A stretch of DNA of 39,818 nt, from IMG/VR virus record IMGVR_UViG_3300000052_000001, positions 1 through 39,818 of that record, one strand, 5' to 3'. Both the position numbers and the translations under genes were made by a program. A model generated the notes under the pieces. That model searched no databases. It had not been told where the DNA came from and saw nothing but the letters and a program-made list of their open reading frames with translations. Each line of letters opens with the position of its first letter. Position 1 is the first letter of the stretch. This DNA comes from a virus. Shown in pieces: positions 30,539 through 39,818 of the stretch.

Positions 30539-32905
30539 ATGGCAGCCAATCTCGGCACGCTTACGCTCGACCTGATCGCCAAGATCGGTGGCTTTACCGG
30601 GCCAATGGATCAGGCTGCCCGCCATTCGCACAAGCGCGCGAAAGAGATCGAGAAGGCGATGGCCAACGCCGCCGACGCGATCAAGAACGTGGTAGGCGCT
30701 CTGGCAATCGGCGCCTCGTTCACGCAGATCATCCGTGCCACCGCGGACTTCCAGAACGAACAGGCGCAGCTTGCCGCGGTGCTGAAGTCGACCGGCGAGG
30801 CCGCCGGCTTCAGTCAGGGCCGGCTTAACGAGATGGCCGATGCGCTCAGCCGCACGAGCATCCTCTCGGCCGGCGAGATCAACCAGGCACAGACCACGCT
30901 ACTGGCGTTCACCGGCATCGTTGGCGAAGAGTTCCCGCGCGCGCTGCAGGCTGCCGTCGACATGGCGTCGCGCACCGGCATGTCCGTCGTATCGGCATCG
31001 GAAACGATCGGCCGCGCGCTGGACATTCCATCCAAGGGCCTGGCTGCATTGAGCAAGCAGGGCTTTCGCTTCACCGAGGACCAGAAGAAGCTCGCCGAGT
31101 ATCTCGAATCGACCGGGCGCACCGCAGAAGCGCAGGCGATCATCCTGCAGTCCCTGGAAGAATCCTACGGCGGCGCAGCACAGGCTGCCCGCAATACGCT
31201 CGGCGGCGCGCTGGCCTCGCTGGGTAACAGCTTCACCGATCTGCTGACCGGGGAAGACGGCGTAGAGGATGCAACCCAGGCCATCAATAGCCTGACCGAC
31301 ACGCTGAGCGATCCGCGGATCAAGGAAGCGTTCTCCACCATTGTCGCCGGCGTTTTCAATATCACCGAAGCGGTAGCCAAGGCGCTCCCGCACCTGGTCG
31401 GCTTCACAACCTGGGCAGCGGAAGAGCTGGCGTCGATCACGGTCGGCATTGCAGGCGATGACATCGTTCGCCTCGAGCAGGACGCGCAGCGCATCCGCGA
31501 AGTACTGGACGGGGGGCTTGGCAGCGTTGGCGAGCGAATCCGGTTTTTCGGTCCGGACGGAATCGTCAAGCTCTGGACCGATGCCGATCTTCGCAAAGAG
31601 CTGGATCGGCTCAATGGCGCGATCGGCTCCTACTACAAGGCGCAAGTTCCGGCGCCGTCAAAGCCCGAAGGCGCGAAGCCGCGCGTAGCCACGGACCTGC
31701 AGGCCGAGGCCAATGCGGCGGCGGCTGCAGCTGAAGCGCAGGAAAAGGCGGACAAGGCGCGCATCCGGGCGAACGAAGCCATAGAGCGGCAAATCGCGGC
31801 GCTGCAGTTGCAGGCCGATACCGTTGCCATGTCGTCCGAACAGGCGGCGCTCTACAAGCTGAAAGTCGAGGGCGCGACGACTGCCCAGCTTGCCAGTGCA
31901 GAGGCCGCGCTGTCGGCTGTCTCGGCGTACAAGGAACAAGCCAAGGCCATCAAGGAACTGAACGACGCCGACGAGCAGACCAATAAGGATGCCGTTGCGA
32001 TCATCGACTCGCTGCGCACAGAAGAGGAGGCCATCCGCGAATCATACGAGCGCCGCCGCCAGATCATCATGGACGCCACGCTGCTGACTGAGGAGCAAAA
32101 GAACGAGGCTGTCCTGCGGCTCAAGCAAGAGCACGACGAGAAGATGATCGAGGCGAACGGCTCTTATTGGGAGCGCTACCTGCTCGCCGCCGAAGAGAAC
32201 CTGCAGTCGTTCGACGAGCTTTCAGGCGTGATGCTGGAGAATTTCACCGGTCGGTTTGGCGACGCCTTCGAGTCGATGGTCTTCGACGCCGAGTCGCTGG
32301 GCGATGCGGTGCAGGGGCTTGCGGTCGGCATGGCGCGTTCGATTGTCAATGCGCTCGGCCAGATGGCGGCGCAATGGATTGCCTACCAGGCAGTTCAGAT
32401 GCTGGTCGGCAAGAGCGTGCAGGCGTCGGCAGCGTCAACGATGACCTTCAACGCGCTGGCGTCTCAGCAAATGGCTGCGCTGAATGCCTTCGCCTCTACC
32501 GCAGCTATCCCGCTAGTCGGCCCGGCGCTGGCGCCGGCAGCGTCTGCTGCCGCGCTTGCTGCTACCACGCCGATGGTTGGAGCGGTTGCAACCCTCGCCC
32601 TTTCCGGCATGGCCCACGACGGCATCGACTCCATCCCCGAAACCGGCACCTGGCTGCTGGAAAAAGGCGAGCGGGTCACTACCGCCGGCACAAGCGCCAA
32701 GCTGGACAAAACACTGGACGAAATCAGCCGGGGCGGCGGCGCCTCTGGCGGCGTGACGATCCCGATCAGCGTCAACGTGACGGCAGAGCCGGGCATGAGC
32801 GACGCCGAGGCGCGGCGGCAGGGCTCGGCCATCGCCAGGCAGATCGACAGCCAGATGATGATGGTCATCGCCCGAGAGCGCCGCCCAGGCGGCCTGCTCG
32901 CATAA
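30539..32905 (+). CDS. Tape measure protein
   Basis: 788 aa, Ala/Gln/Glu-rich and helical. Sits between the chaperones and gpM-like protein. Confidence 0.9.
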   Translation: MAANLGTLTLDLIAKIGGFTGPMDQAARHSHKRAKEIEKAMANAADAIKNVVGALAIGASFTQIIRATADFQNEQAQLAAVLKSTGEAAGFSQGRLNEMADALSRTSILSAGEINQAQTTLLAFTGIVGEEFPRALQAAVDMASRTGMSVVSASETIGRALDIPSKGLAALSKQGFRFTEDQKKLAEYLESTGRTAEAQAIILQSLEESYGGAAQAARNTLGGALASLGNSFTDLLTGEDGVEDATQAINSLTDTLSDPRIKEAFSTIVAGVFNITEAVAKALPHLVGFTTWAAEELASITVGIAGDDIVRLEQDAQRIREVLDGGLGSVGERIRFFGPDGIVKLWTDADLRKELDRLNGAIGSYYKAQVPAPSKPEGAKPRVATDLQAEANAAAAAAEAQEKADKARIRANEAIERQIAALQLQADTVAMSSEQAALYKLKVEGATTAQLASAEAALSAVSAYKEQAKAIKELNDADEQTNKDAVAIIDSLRTEEEAIRESYERRRQIIMDATLLTEEQKNEAVLRLKQEHDEKMIEANGSYWERYLLAAEENLQSFDELSGVMLENFTGRFGDAFESMVFDAESLGDAVQGLAVGMARSIVNALGQMAAQWIAYQAVQMLVGKSVQASAASTMTFNALASQQMAALNAFASTAAIPLVGPALAPAASAAALAATTPMVGAVATLALSGMAHDGIDSIPETGTWLLEKGERVTTAGTSAKLDKTLDEISRGGGASGGVTIPISVNVTAEPGMSDAEARRQGSAIARQIDSQMMMVIARERRPGGLLA

Positions 32906-32914
32906 GGATCGAAA

Positions 32915-33259
32915 ATGGAAACGCTACCCGATATTTGCCCCAGCTACGCCCCGGCGCTGACCCCGGAGTTTGCAGTTGACAGCAACAGGTTTGGCGATGG
33001 TTACGAGCTGCGCCGGCCGTCCGGGCTGAACTCGGTAACCGACTCCTGGCAGCTGAACTGGAACGCGCTTGCGCGCGACGACTACGAGCGGCTGCACGAC
33101 TTCCTTGTGGCCCGCAAGGGCGTCGAGGCGTTCCGCTGGCAGGCGCCGTGGGATAGCGCCCCGAAAGCCTGGGTCTGCACATCGCTGAGCGCTGTGCGGC
33201 CTATCGGCCCGAACCTCGCCAGCATCCAGGCCACCTTCAAAGAAGACCACAACTTATGA
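32915..33259 (+). CDS. Minor tail protein M (lambda gpM-like)
   Basis: 114 aa. ...RFGDGYE.R...G.N...W.L.W pattern. Conserved order M-L-K-I-J. Confidence 0.85.
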   Translation: METLPDICPSYAPALTPEFAVDSNRFGDGYELRRPSGLNSVTDSWQLNWNALARDDYERLHDFLVARKGVEAFRWQAPWDSAPKAWVCTSLSAVRPIGPNLASIQATFKEDHNL

Positions 33260-33960
33260 GCGCAATCATTGCCCGCGACGTGCAGCTGTTGGAGCAGGAC
33301 GCCATAGTTGTGATGTTCGAGTTGGATGCCAGTCAGTTCGGCGGCGAGCTGCTGCGGTTCGCTCCGGCGCCGGTCGACGGCCAGGTTGTGCGGTTCGGCG
33401 GCAATCAATACCTGCCGCTGCCGATCATGGCTGAAGGCTTCGTGTGGAATGGAAAAGGCACGCTGCCGCGCCCGACGCTGACCGTCACGTCGATGGATCT
33501 GGCGTTTCTGTCAATCGTCCTGTCCGCCGATGACCTAGTGGGCGCGCCTATTCGCCGGCTGCGCACGTACCGCAAGCACCTGGACGACGGCAGCGACCCG
33601 GACCCTACCGCGCTGTTCCCGGTTGACCACTACGTCATCGAGCGCAAGACGAGCCAGAACAAGCGGCAGATCCAGTTCGAGCTGTCGGTGCAGATGGATC
33701 AGGAGGGCCGGAAGATCCCGGCTCGCCAAGTGCTGCGCGATACCTGCACGAAGCGATATCGCTGGTGGGACGGCACGCAGTACCGGTACGAGGGCGTCAC
33801 CTGTCCTTATGCCGGCGCTGGCCAGTGGCAGCAGAGCGGGTCGCCTGCAGCTCAAGGCCAAGACCGCTGCGGTAAGCGGCTGACCGACTGCAGGCTGCGC
33901 TTCGGCCAAAACGGTGATCTGCCTTTCGGTGGTTTCCCTGGCGTTGCGAGGTATCGCTGA
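33256..33960 (+). CDS. Minor tail protein L (lambda gpL-like)
   Basis: 234 aa. C-terminal Cys cluster CPYAG...C...CRLRFG, consistent with the gpL Fe-S site. Confidence 0.85.
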   Translation: MSAIIARDVQLLEQDAIVVMFELDASQFGGELLRFAPAPVDGQVVRFGGNQYLPLPIMAEGFVWNGKGTLPRPTLTVTSMDLAFLSIVLSADDLVGAPIRRLRTYRKHLDDGSDPDPTALFPVDHYVIERKTSQNKRQIQFELSVQMDQEGRKIPARQVLRDTCTKRYRWWDGTQYRYEGVTCPYAGAGQWQQSGSPAAQGQDRCGKRLTDCRLRFGQNGDLPFGGFPGVARYR

Positions 33961-34679
33961 TGTTTGACGAATACCGCGACCAGATCCGGCGCGAGGCGAT
34001 TGCCGCCTATCCGCGCGAGGCGGTCTGGCTCATCACGCCGGGCGAGTGTCGGCAGGTTGAGAACATCGCCAGCGATCCGACCCATACCTTCCGCGTCAGC
34101 AAGCGCGACATGGCCGCCGCAATGGCGCGCGGGCTGCTCGCTGTAGTGCACAGCCACCCTGACTATCCGGCCTGCCCGAGCGCGGCTGATATGCGCGGCC
34201 AAGACGCCAGCGGAGTGCCGTGGGGCATCGTCGCCACCAATGGCGAGACAGCGACTGATGTCGTCTGGTTTGGCGATCAGGTAGAGCGCGCCCCGCTGAT
34301 CGGCCGGGGTTTCCGGCACGGCGTCACCGATTGCTACGCGCTGATCCGCGACTACTACCGCATCGAGCTTGGCATTGACCTGATCGAGTTCCCGCGCGAC
34401 TGGGAGTGGTGGCTCAACGGCGGCGACCTGTACCGCGATGGCATCAAGCCTGCCGGCTTCCGCGTCATCGAGCAGCACGAGGCCCGGCCGGGCGACATGT
34501 GGATCGCCCAGCTGCGCAGCCCGGTCCCGAACCACGGCGGCATCCTGCTTGAGCATGGCCTTGGCCTGCATCACCCGAGCGCTCGCGATCCGGTTGACCT
34601 GGCGCGGCTATCGGTACGCGAGCCGCTGGCTCGCTGGCTTCCCTACATCACACTCTGGCTCAGGCACGAATCACGATGA
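33960..34679 (+). CDS. Tail tip protein K (JAB/MPN plus NlpC/P60 domains)
   Basis: HSHPDYPACPSAADM (JAMM-like) and GVTDCYALIRDYY (NlpC/P60 catalytic Cys). Confidence 0.85.
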   Translation: MFDEYRDQIRREAIAAYPREAVWLITPGECRQVENIASDPTHTFRVSKRDMAAAMARGLLAVVHSHPDYPACPSAADMRGQDASGVPWGIVATNGETATDVVWFGDQVERAPLIGRGFRHGVTDCYALIRDYYRIELGIDLIEFPRDWEWWLNGGDLYRDGIKPAGFRVIEQHEARPGDMWIAQLRSPVPNHGGILLEHGLGLHHPSARDPVDLARLSVREPLARWLPYITLWLRHESR

Positions 34680-35224
34680 AGACCATCCATCTGCACGGCC
34701 CACTGGCTCGCTTCGGCGAGCTTTTTTGTTTAGACGTCCGAGACGCCGCCGAGGCGGTGCGGGCGCTGTCGGTGCAGATCAAGGGCTTTCGCGCGGCGGT
34801 CGCGGCCGGCAGCTGGCATGTGATCCGAGGGCCGATAGAGGGCGGCGATTCGCTGGACGTGGACGGCCTGACGGTCGGCCTGCCGGATGAATCCGAAATC
34901 CATCTGTTGCCCGTCATCGAGGGGGCTGGCGGAGTGTTCAACGTCATCGTTGGGGCGGTGCTGGTCGTGGCCGGCGTGGTGACCGGCAACCCGTATCTGA
35001 TCGCAGCCGGCGTCGGGATGATGATCGGCGGCATCGTCCAGCTAACCACAAGCGTGCCGTCCTCCGACTACGGCGCCCGCGAGGAGGCCGACCAGCGCCC
35101 CTCATTCCTGTTTGACGGCGCCGTGAACACCTCAACCCAGGGGCTGCCCGTCCCCGTCATCTATGGCCGCGTTCGCGTCGGCTCGGTAGTCATTAGCGCG
35201 GGCCTGACCAGCGAGGAAGTGTGA
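34676..35224 (+). CDS. Tail assembly protein I (lambda gpI-like)
   Basis: 182 aa. Ubiquitin-like N-terminus and a hydrophobic Gly-rich segment. Correct position. Confidence 0.8.
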   Translation: MKTIHLHGPLARFGELFCLDVRDAAEAVRALSVQIKGFRAAVAAGSWHVIRGPIEGGDSLDVDGLTVGLPDESEIHLLPVIEGAGGVFNVIVGAVLVVAGVVTGNPYLIAAGVGMMIGGIVQLTTSVPSSDYGAREEADQRPSFLFDGAVNTSTQGLPVPVIYGRVRVGSVVISAGLTSEEV

Positions 35225-38200
35225 TGGAAGCAATTCACGGCGCAGGCGGTGGCGGCGGCAAGGGCGGCAAGAAAGGCTCGTCCCGCACGCCGCAGGAAGC
35301 CCCGAACTCCCTGCAATCGGCCGCAACTGCCCGCATTCTGGACCTGCTCGGCGAGGGGCCAATCGTCGGCCTGGTCGACGGGCTGAAATCCATCTATCTG
35401 GACGACGCACCGCTGCAGAACAGCAATGGCTCGTACAACTTTCAGGGCGTGACTGTCCATGAGCGCCTGGGCGAGCCGAACCAGGCGCGTATTGGCGGCT
35501 TCCCGGCCGTCGAGAGCGAGGTCGATGTCGGTACGCAGATCAAATACGGCGTGCCGCTCGTGCGCAGCGTCTCCAATCCTGACGTTGACGCGGTGCGGGT
35601 CAAGATTCGCGTTCCGTCGCTGACCAGTCAGGACGTCAGCACGGGCGATATCAGCGGCACGGCGGTGTCGGTTGCGGTCGACGTGATGCCGGACGGCGGC
35701 AGCTGGCAGCAAATGGCTGTGATCACGATCAGCGGCAAGACCACCAGCGCCTATGACCGCGCGCACCGCGTCGAACTGCCGGGCGCCGGCCCCTGGTCCA
35801 TTCGTGTGCGCCGGCTGACGGCTGATTCGGATAAGTCCAGCCTGCAGAACGCAACGTACTGGACCAGCTTTACGCAGATCATCGACGCGCGCCTGACCTA
35901 CCCGGATAGCGCCCTGATCGGCCTCGAAGTGGACGCCCGCCAGTTCGGGTCGAGCATCCCGAAACGCTCCTACGATGTGAAAGGCCGCATTATCCGCGTG
36001 CCCAGCAACTACACGCCCGAAACCCGCGCGTATGCCGGCCTGTGGGATGGCAGCTATCAACTCGCCTGGGCCGACAACCCCGCCTGGGTCTACCTCGACC
36101 TCGCCACCCATGCCCGCTACGGCGCCGGCCTGGAGACGGTCGACAAGTGGTCGCTGTACGAGATCGCCCGCTACTGCGATGAGCTGGTCCCGAACGGCTA
36201 TGGCGGCATGGAGCCGCGATTCACGATCAACACCGTGCTGGCTGAGGCGGTCGAGGCTATCGACGCGCTGAACATGCTGGCCTCGGCGTTTCGCGGCATG
36301 ACGTATTGGGGCACAAATACTGCGATGGCCGTCGCGGATATGCCGAGCGATCCGGTGAAACTGGTCACGCCGGCCAACGTCATCGACGGCGAATTCGAGT
36401 ACAGCGGAACCAGCCTGCGCACCCGGCGCTCGGTGGCGCTGGTCAGCTGGAACGACCCGGCAGACGGGTACAAAAAACAGGTCGAGGTGGTCGAAGACGC
36501 CGCCGCGATCCAGAAATTCGGCTGGCGGCAGGTCGACGTAACCGCGTTCGGCTGCACCTCGCGCGGCCAGGCGGCGCGGCTCGGGCGCTGGATTCTCTAC
36601 AGCGAGCGCGCCGAGACGGAGACGGTTTCGTATGTGGCCGGGGTTGACCATGCGGACCTGCGGCCGGGCGACGTGATTGCGGTATCGGACCCGTCGACCG
36701 CAGGCGCTCGCCTGGGTGGGCGCATGAAAGCGCCGGGGCTGTCGGTACTGGAGCTGGATGCGGTGCCCGATGCCGTGTCCGGCCAGGACTGGTATCTCGA
36801 CGTGATGCTGCCGAGCGGCCAGATCGAGCGCCGCCAGGTGGCATCGTTCGCCGGTAATGCGGTCACGCTCGCCGAGCCGCTGAGCGCCGAGCCTGTGCCC
36901 GCCGCCGTGTGGGTGCTGTCGAGCATGGCCGTCGAGCCGCGCCTGTTCCGCGTCGTCTCGGTCTCTGAGCAGGACGGCAGTCGCTATCAAGTCACTGCCG
37001 CCGAGCATGACCCGGACAAATACGCCCGCGTCGAGCTGGGCCTGAACCTGCCTGAGCGTGATACCTCGCTGATCCCGACCGGCCCGCTGCCGGCGCCGGT
37101 CAGCATCTCGACGGGGGAGTACCTGTACCGCTCCGGCGTCACCGTGTACTCCGGCGCGACAATCTCGGTCGAGCCGCCCAAGGACGCGCGGGTGACGCTG
37201 TACGAGTACGAGGTTCTGCGCCCCGGCGAGAGCGGCTATGCCCAGCTCGGCACAAAATCGAGCGTCACGGTCGATCTGCCCGACACCAATCCTGGTGAGT
37301 ACAAGATCCGCGTCCGCTCGCTGAGTGCGACCGCGCTGCGCTCGCCCTGGAAGGAGATCACGGTCGCGCTGCAGGGGCTGTTGCTGCCGCCATCCGACGT
37401 GACCGATCTGCGGATAAGCGTCAATGCCGGGCAGCTCTGGCTCTGGTGGCCGGCTATTCCCGATCTGGACCTGAGCCACTACGAGGTCCGGTATAGCCCG
37501 ACGACCGAGGCCGTTACATGGTCAAGCGCCCAGGTGGTGATTGATCGCGTGGCGGCCGGCACCAACTCTGCGGTTCTGCCGGCGCGCAAGGGCACCTATC
37601 TGGTCAAGGCCGTTGATTCCTCGGGCGGCTACAGCCTCAACGCCGTGTCCGGTACGTCCGAAATTGCAGAGCTGAACGCCTACAACGCGGTTGAGTTGGT
37701 CGATGAGGGGCCGGTGTGGGCGGGCGCCCGCGTCGATGTGACGGAGGCAATCGGCCGGCTACAGCTCGGCAGCCGCGATCCGATGGCGTCGTGGGATGCG
37801 CTGGCGGATGTAGTGAGCCTGTCCTACGGCGTGGCCGGCCTCGCGCCGGAGGGCTGGTATTACGCGGACGAGATCGTCGATCTAGGCCACGTCTACACGT
37901 CGCGCCTGACCAGCGAAGTGCTGGCGACCGGCTACGACATTCTCGGGACGATTGCGTCATGGGCAAGCCTGGCCTCTGTCGACCGCATGGATGACACCGA
38001 AATCGGCCAGTGGGGGCTGACGCTGGAAGTGTCGCAAAGCAGCACGCCGCAGCCGGCGCCCCCCGTCGACTGGACGGAGTGGGCGCCGCTGACGATTGGC
38101 GAATACTCGGCACGGGCCTTCCGCTTCCGCCTGCATCTTCGCAGCTCTGCGCCCGCAGTGACCCCCAGCGTGAGCCGCATGCGAATCACCGTCGATATGC

Positions 38201-38448
38201 CGGACCGCGTGGCCGATGGCCGCGACCTGACCTGCCCGCCCGCTGGGATGCGGGTCAGTTTTGAGCCGGCGTTTATGGCTCGGCCGAGCCTGGCCGTAGA
38301 CGCCCAAGGGCTTTCGGCCGGCGACCGCAAGTGGATCACCGGCATCGACGAAACCGGCTTTGACCTGCAATTCCTCGACGCGGCCGGCAATGGCGTGTCG
38401 CGCACATTCGACTACCTCGCAAAAGGCTACGGCCGGCGCGCAGCCTAG
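35221..38448 (+). CDS. Host-specificity / central tail fibre protein J
   Basis: 1075 aa. N-terminus GGGGGKGGKKGSSRTPQEAPNSLQS...ILDLLGEGPI is typical of gpJ. Confidence 0.9.
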   Translation: MMEAIHGAGGGGGKGGKKGSSRTPQEAPNSLQSAATARILDLLGEGPIVGLVDGLKSIYLDDAPLQNSNGSYNFQGVTVHERLGEPNQARIGGFPAVESEVDVGTQIKYGVPLVRSVSNPDVDAVRVKIRVPSLTSQDVSTGDISGTAVSVAVDVMPDGGSWQQMAVITISGKTTSAYDRAHRVELPGAGPWSIRVRRLTADSDKSSLQNATYWTSFTQIIDARLTYPDSALIGLEVDARQFGSSIPKRSYDVKGRIIRVPSNYTPETRAYAGLWDGSYQLAWADNPAWVYLDLATHARYGAGLETVDKWSLYEIARYCDELVPNGYGGMEPRFTINTVLAEAVEAIDALNMLASAFRGMTYWGTNTAMAVADMPSDPVKLVTPANVIDGEFEYSGTSLRTRRSVALVSWNDPADGYKKQVEVVEDAAAIQKFGWRQVDVTAFGCTSRGQAARLGRWILYSERAETETVSYVAGVDHADLRPGDVIAVSDPSTAGARLGGRMKAPGLSVLELDAVPDAVSGQDWYLDVMLPSGQIERRQVASFAGNAVTLAEPLSAEPVPAAVWVLSSMAVEPRLFRVVSVSEQDGSRYQVTAAEHDPDKYARVELGLNLPERDTSLIPTGPLPAPVSISTGEYLYRSGVTVYSGATISVEPPKDARVTLYEYEVLRPGESGYAQLGTKSSVTVDLPDTNPGEYKIRVRSLSATALRSPWKEITVALQGLLLPPSDVTDLRISVNAGQLWLWWPAIPDLDLSHYEVRYSPTTEAVTWSSAQVVIDRVAAGTNSAVLPARKGTYLVKAVDSSGGYSLNAVSGTSEIAELNAYNAVELVDEGPVWAGARVDVTEAIGRLQLGSRDPMASWDALADVVSLSYGVAGLAPEGWYYADEIVDLGHVYTSRLTSEVLATGYDILGTIASWASLASVDRMDDTEIGQWGLTLEVSQSSTPQPAPPVDWTEWAPLTIGEYSARAFRFRLHLRSSAPAVTPSVSRMRITVDMPDRVADGRDLTCPPAGMRVSFEPAFMARPSLAVDAQGLSAGDRKWITGIDETGFDLQFLDAAGNGVSRTFDYLAKGYGRRAA

Positions 38449-38457
38449 GAGTAATCA

Positions 38458-39798
38458 ATGAGTCAATTTGATTTTTCAACTATCGACCCGAACGCAAAAA
38501 GCGGTACGCAGCTGGCGGTGGACCTGAACAACTGGCGGGACGCTCTGCACAGCGGCCATCGTGGCGCCGCGCGCCCGGCCTATGCGCAGGGCGGCATGCT
38601 GTGGGTGCGCGAGACATCCGCAGAGCAGTGGGATTTGATGTGCTACGACGGCGATACGGATTTCGTGTTGCGCAGCGTGAATCCGACGACGAATCAGCTA
38701 ATCGCGATTCCGCAGAGCGCTGTCGCTGGGCTGATGGAGCTAGAGGGCAAGGCCGCCGAGCTAGAGGGCAAGGCCGCCGAGCTAGAGGGCAAGGCCGCCG
38801 AGCTAGAGGGCAAGGCCGCCGAGCTAGCGGATTCGCTGCAGGGCCTTGCGGCCAGCCGCGGCTTCCGCCTCATAAAAACCACGGCCGCATCCCCGGCGTG
38901 GGCAAAATCTGGCGCGGCGCTGATCACAGCTCAGGCGCTGGCATATACGCTGGCCGGAGCGGCGCATGAACTGCCGCCCGGCACAGCCATCACCCTGCCT
39001 GCGCTAGCGAGCGGCAACGACTACGCCATTTACGCCACCGTCGACGGCCGCCTCGTCGCCGACCTGAACTGGTCCGCGCCCAGCGGAGAGCCAGCCGGCA
39101 CCACGCGCAAAATCGGGGGCTTCCACGTCGCGCTGACTGGCGAAATCCTCGAGTACAGCCTGTGGGATATCAACTACCGCCCGACATGCCCCGACCCGCG
39201 CGGGATGGTGTGCATCAATGGCATGTTCTGGGCTGATATCTACCTGCTGGGCGTCAATCATCACGCGGACGGCACGAGCCGGGCCGGTGTGGTCATCGCG
39301 GATGGTGACCGCCCACCGAAGATCCCCGCTATCTATGGCGGCAACGGCTCTGCAGCCTATGCCGAGCTGACGTGGTTCATCGCGCAGGACGTCCTGCAAA
39401 GCCACGGCAAGCGCCTGCCTAGCTGGGGCGAGCTCTCGATGCTGGCCTTCGGCGTGACCGAGGCGACTTCTGTCGGGACCGACCCTGTCACCACAAAGCA
39501 CGACGCGCCGCGCCGTTCGCGCTGGGGCGTCGAGCAGGCGACCGGAAACCTGTGGGTATGGGGCGCGGACGTAAACGGCACATCGGCCACCGGCACGACA
39601 ACATGGCAAGCGATCACGGGCGGGCGCGGGAGCATCTACACGCACTCACTGCGCGCCGTGCTTCTGGGCGCCGCCTGGGCCAGCGGGGCGTACTCCGGGT
39701 CTCGATCGGCGTTCTGGAGCCATTCGCCGAGCTACTCCGGCAGCGACATCGGCGGGCGCGGCCTCAGTGACCACCTGTGCCTGCTGGCGGAGCGATAG
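38458..39798 (+). CDS. Tail fibre with a heptad tandem repeat and a C-type-lectin/FGE-like C-terminal receptor-binding domain
   Basis: 446 aa. (ELEGKAA)x4 coiled-coil segment. C-terminus has GKRLPSWGEL, GNLWVWGAD and ...GSRSAFWSHSPSYSGSDIGGRG, as in FGE/CLec-fold domains. Confidence 0.85.
   Translation: MSQFDFSTIDPNAKSGTQLAVDLNNWRDALHSGHRGAARPAYAQGGMLWVRETSAEQWDLMCYDGDTDFVLRSVNPTTNQLIAIPQSAVAGLMELEGKAAELEGKAAELEGKAAELEGKAAELADSLQGLAASRGFRLIKTTAASPAWAKSGAALITAQALAYTLAGAAHELPPGTAITLPALASGNDYAIYATVDGRLVADLNWSAPSGEPAGTTRKIGGFHVALTGEILEYSLWDINYRPTCPDPRGMVCINGMFWADIYLLGVNHHADGTSRAGVVIADGDRPPKIPAIYGGNGSAAYAELTWFIAQDVLQSHGKRLPSWGELSMLAFGVTEATSVGTDPVTTKHDAPRRSRWGVEQATGNLWVWGADVNGTSATGTTTWQAITGGRGSIYTHSLRAVLLGAAWASGAYSGSRSAFWSHSPSYSGSDIGGRGLSDHLCLLAER
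38737..38827 (+). repeat. Perfect 21-bp tandem repeat gagctagagggcaaggccgcc x4 plus a 7-nt partial copy
   Basis: Copies start at 38737, 38758, 38779 and 38800, all identical. They encode ELEGKAA heptads in frame within the tail fibre. Confidence 0.95.
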
Positions 39799-39818
39799 CG
39801 AGCCATGACCATGCACAG
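39772..39818. repeat. Terminal direct repeat, copy 2 (identical to 1..47)
   Basis: 47/47 identity with the window start. Confidence 0.95.

Larger units (their letters stand above)
1..39818. mobile_element. Complete temperate lambdoid siphovirus (prophage-type) genome; contig closes on itself through a 47-nt end overlap
   Basis: Contains integrase/excisionase/attP, a cI-cro switch, replication genes, an HK97-type head module, a lambda-type tail module and lysis genes. Identical 47-mers at both ends. Confidence 0.9.

Noticed and set aside
35161-37479. 772-aa minus-strand ORF antisense to the gpJ gene
   Set aside because: It lies entirely inside a confidently identified 1075-aa tail gene. Its product is Arg/Ala/Gly/Pro-rich and low in complexity, typical of open antisense frames in high-GC DNA. 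It has no Shine-Dalgarno context.
38737-38827. CRISPR-like array
   Set aside because: The repeats are contiguous 21-mers without spacers. They lie in frame inside the tail-fibre ORF and encode a heptad repeat.
39640-39798. Active diversity-generating retroelement (DGR)
   Set aside because: The region resembles a DGR variable region, but reading the genome found no template repeat (an adenine-rich near-copy), no reverse transcriptase ORF and no Avd-like gene. Only the resemblance is reported as a finding.

Overview
The window is one complete, GC-rich temperate lambdoid siphovirus genome, probably from a Pseudomonas-like host. An identical 47-nt sequence at both ends (1..47 and 39772..39818) shows the contig closes on itself, so the unique length is 39771 bp.

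Module order:
- Small ORF, GH24 endolysin and embedded Rz/Rz1 spanins (105..1355).
- Convergent DUF2493/SLOG moron (1352..1717).
- attP carrying the 3' end of a tmRNA/tRNA gene flanked by GCTGAAA arm-type repeats (1746..1928).
- Integrase and excisionase (2233..3572).
- Long leftward early operon of translationally coupled small genes, including a 3'-5' exonuclease, SSB and Sak4-like ATPase recombination module (3658..10845).
- cI/cro switch (11186..12213).
- SF2 helicase and Zn-ribbon/Toprim primase replication module, then a nin-like region with TraR, a Ref-like HNH protein, RusA and a 511-aa HTH-metallophosphoesterase (12708..19084).
- Self-contained promoter-to-terminator cassette (19105..20015), orphan DNA methyltransferase, and holin.
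- HNH, TerS and TerL, HK97-type portal, protease and capsid, then lambda-type tail genes (major tail protein, G/GT frameshift chaperone, tape measure, M, L, K, I, J, tail fibre).

Best candidates for something new:
1. 19105..20015 has the architecture of an anti-CRISPR operon: two unrecognised 72-aa highly acidic proteins followed by an Aca1-like HTH.
2. Two ORF-free, hairpin-dense regions of about 0.45-0.5 kb sit inside the early operons (9258..9702 and 12214..12707). Each carries an intrinsic terminator on the antisense strand.
3. Three accessory proteins stand out: the HTH-metallophosphoesterase fusion, the SLOG moron at the att end, and a BamE-like lipoprotein moron between tail chaperone T and the tape measure.
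4. The tail fibre ends in a C-type-lectin/FGE-like domain that looks like a DGR variable region, but no template repeat or reverse transcriptase is present.

All protein family calls rest on motifs read by eye. No database search was possible.
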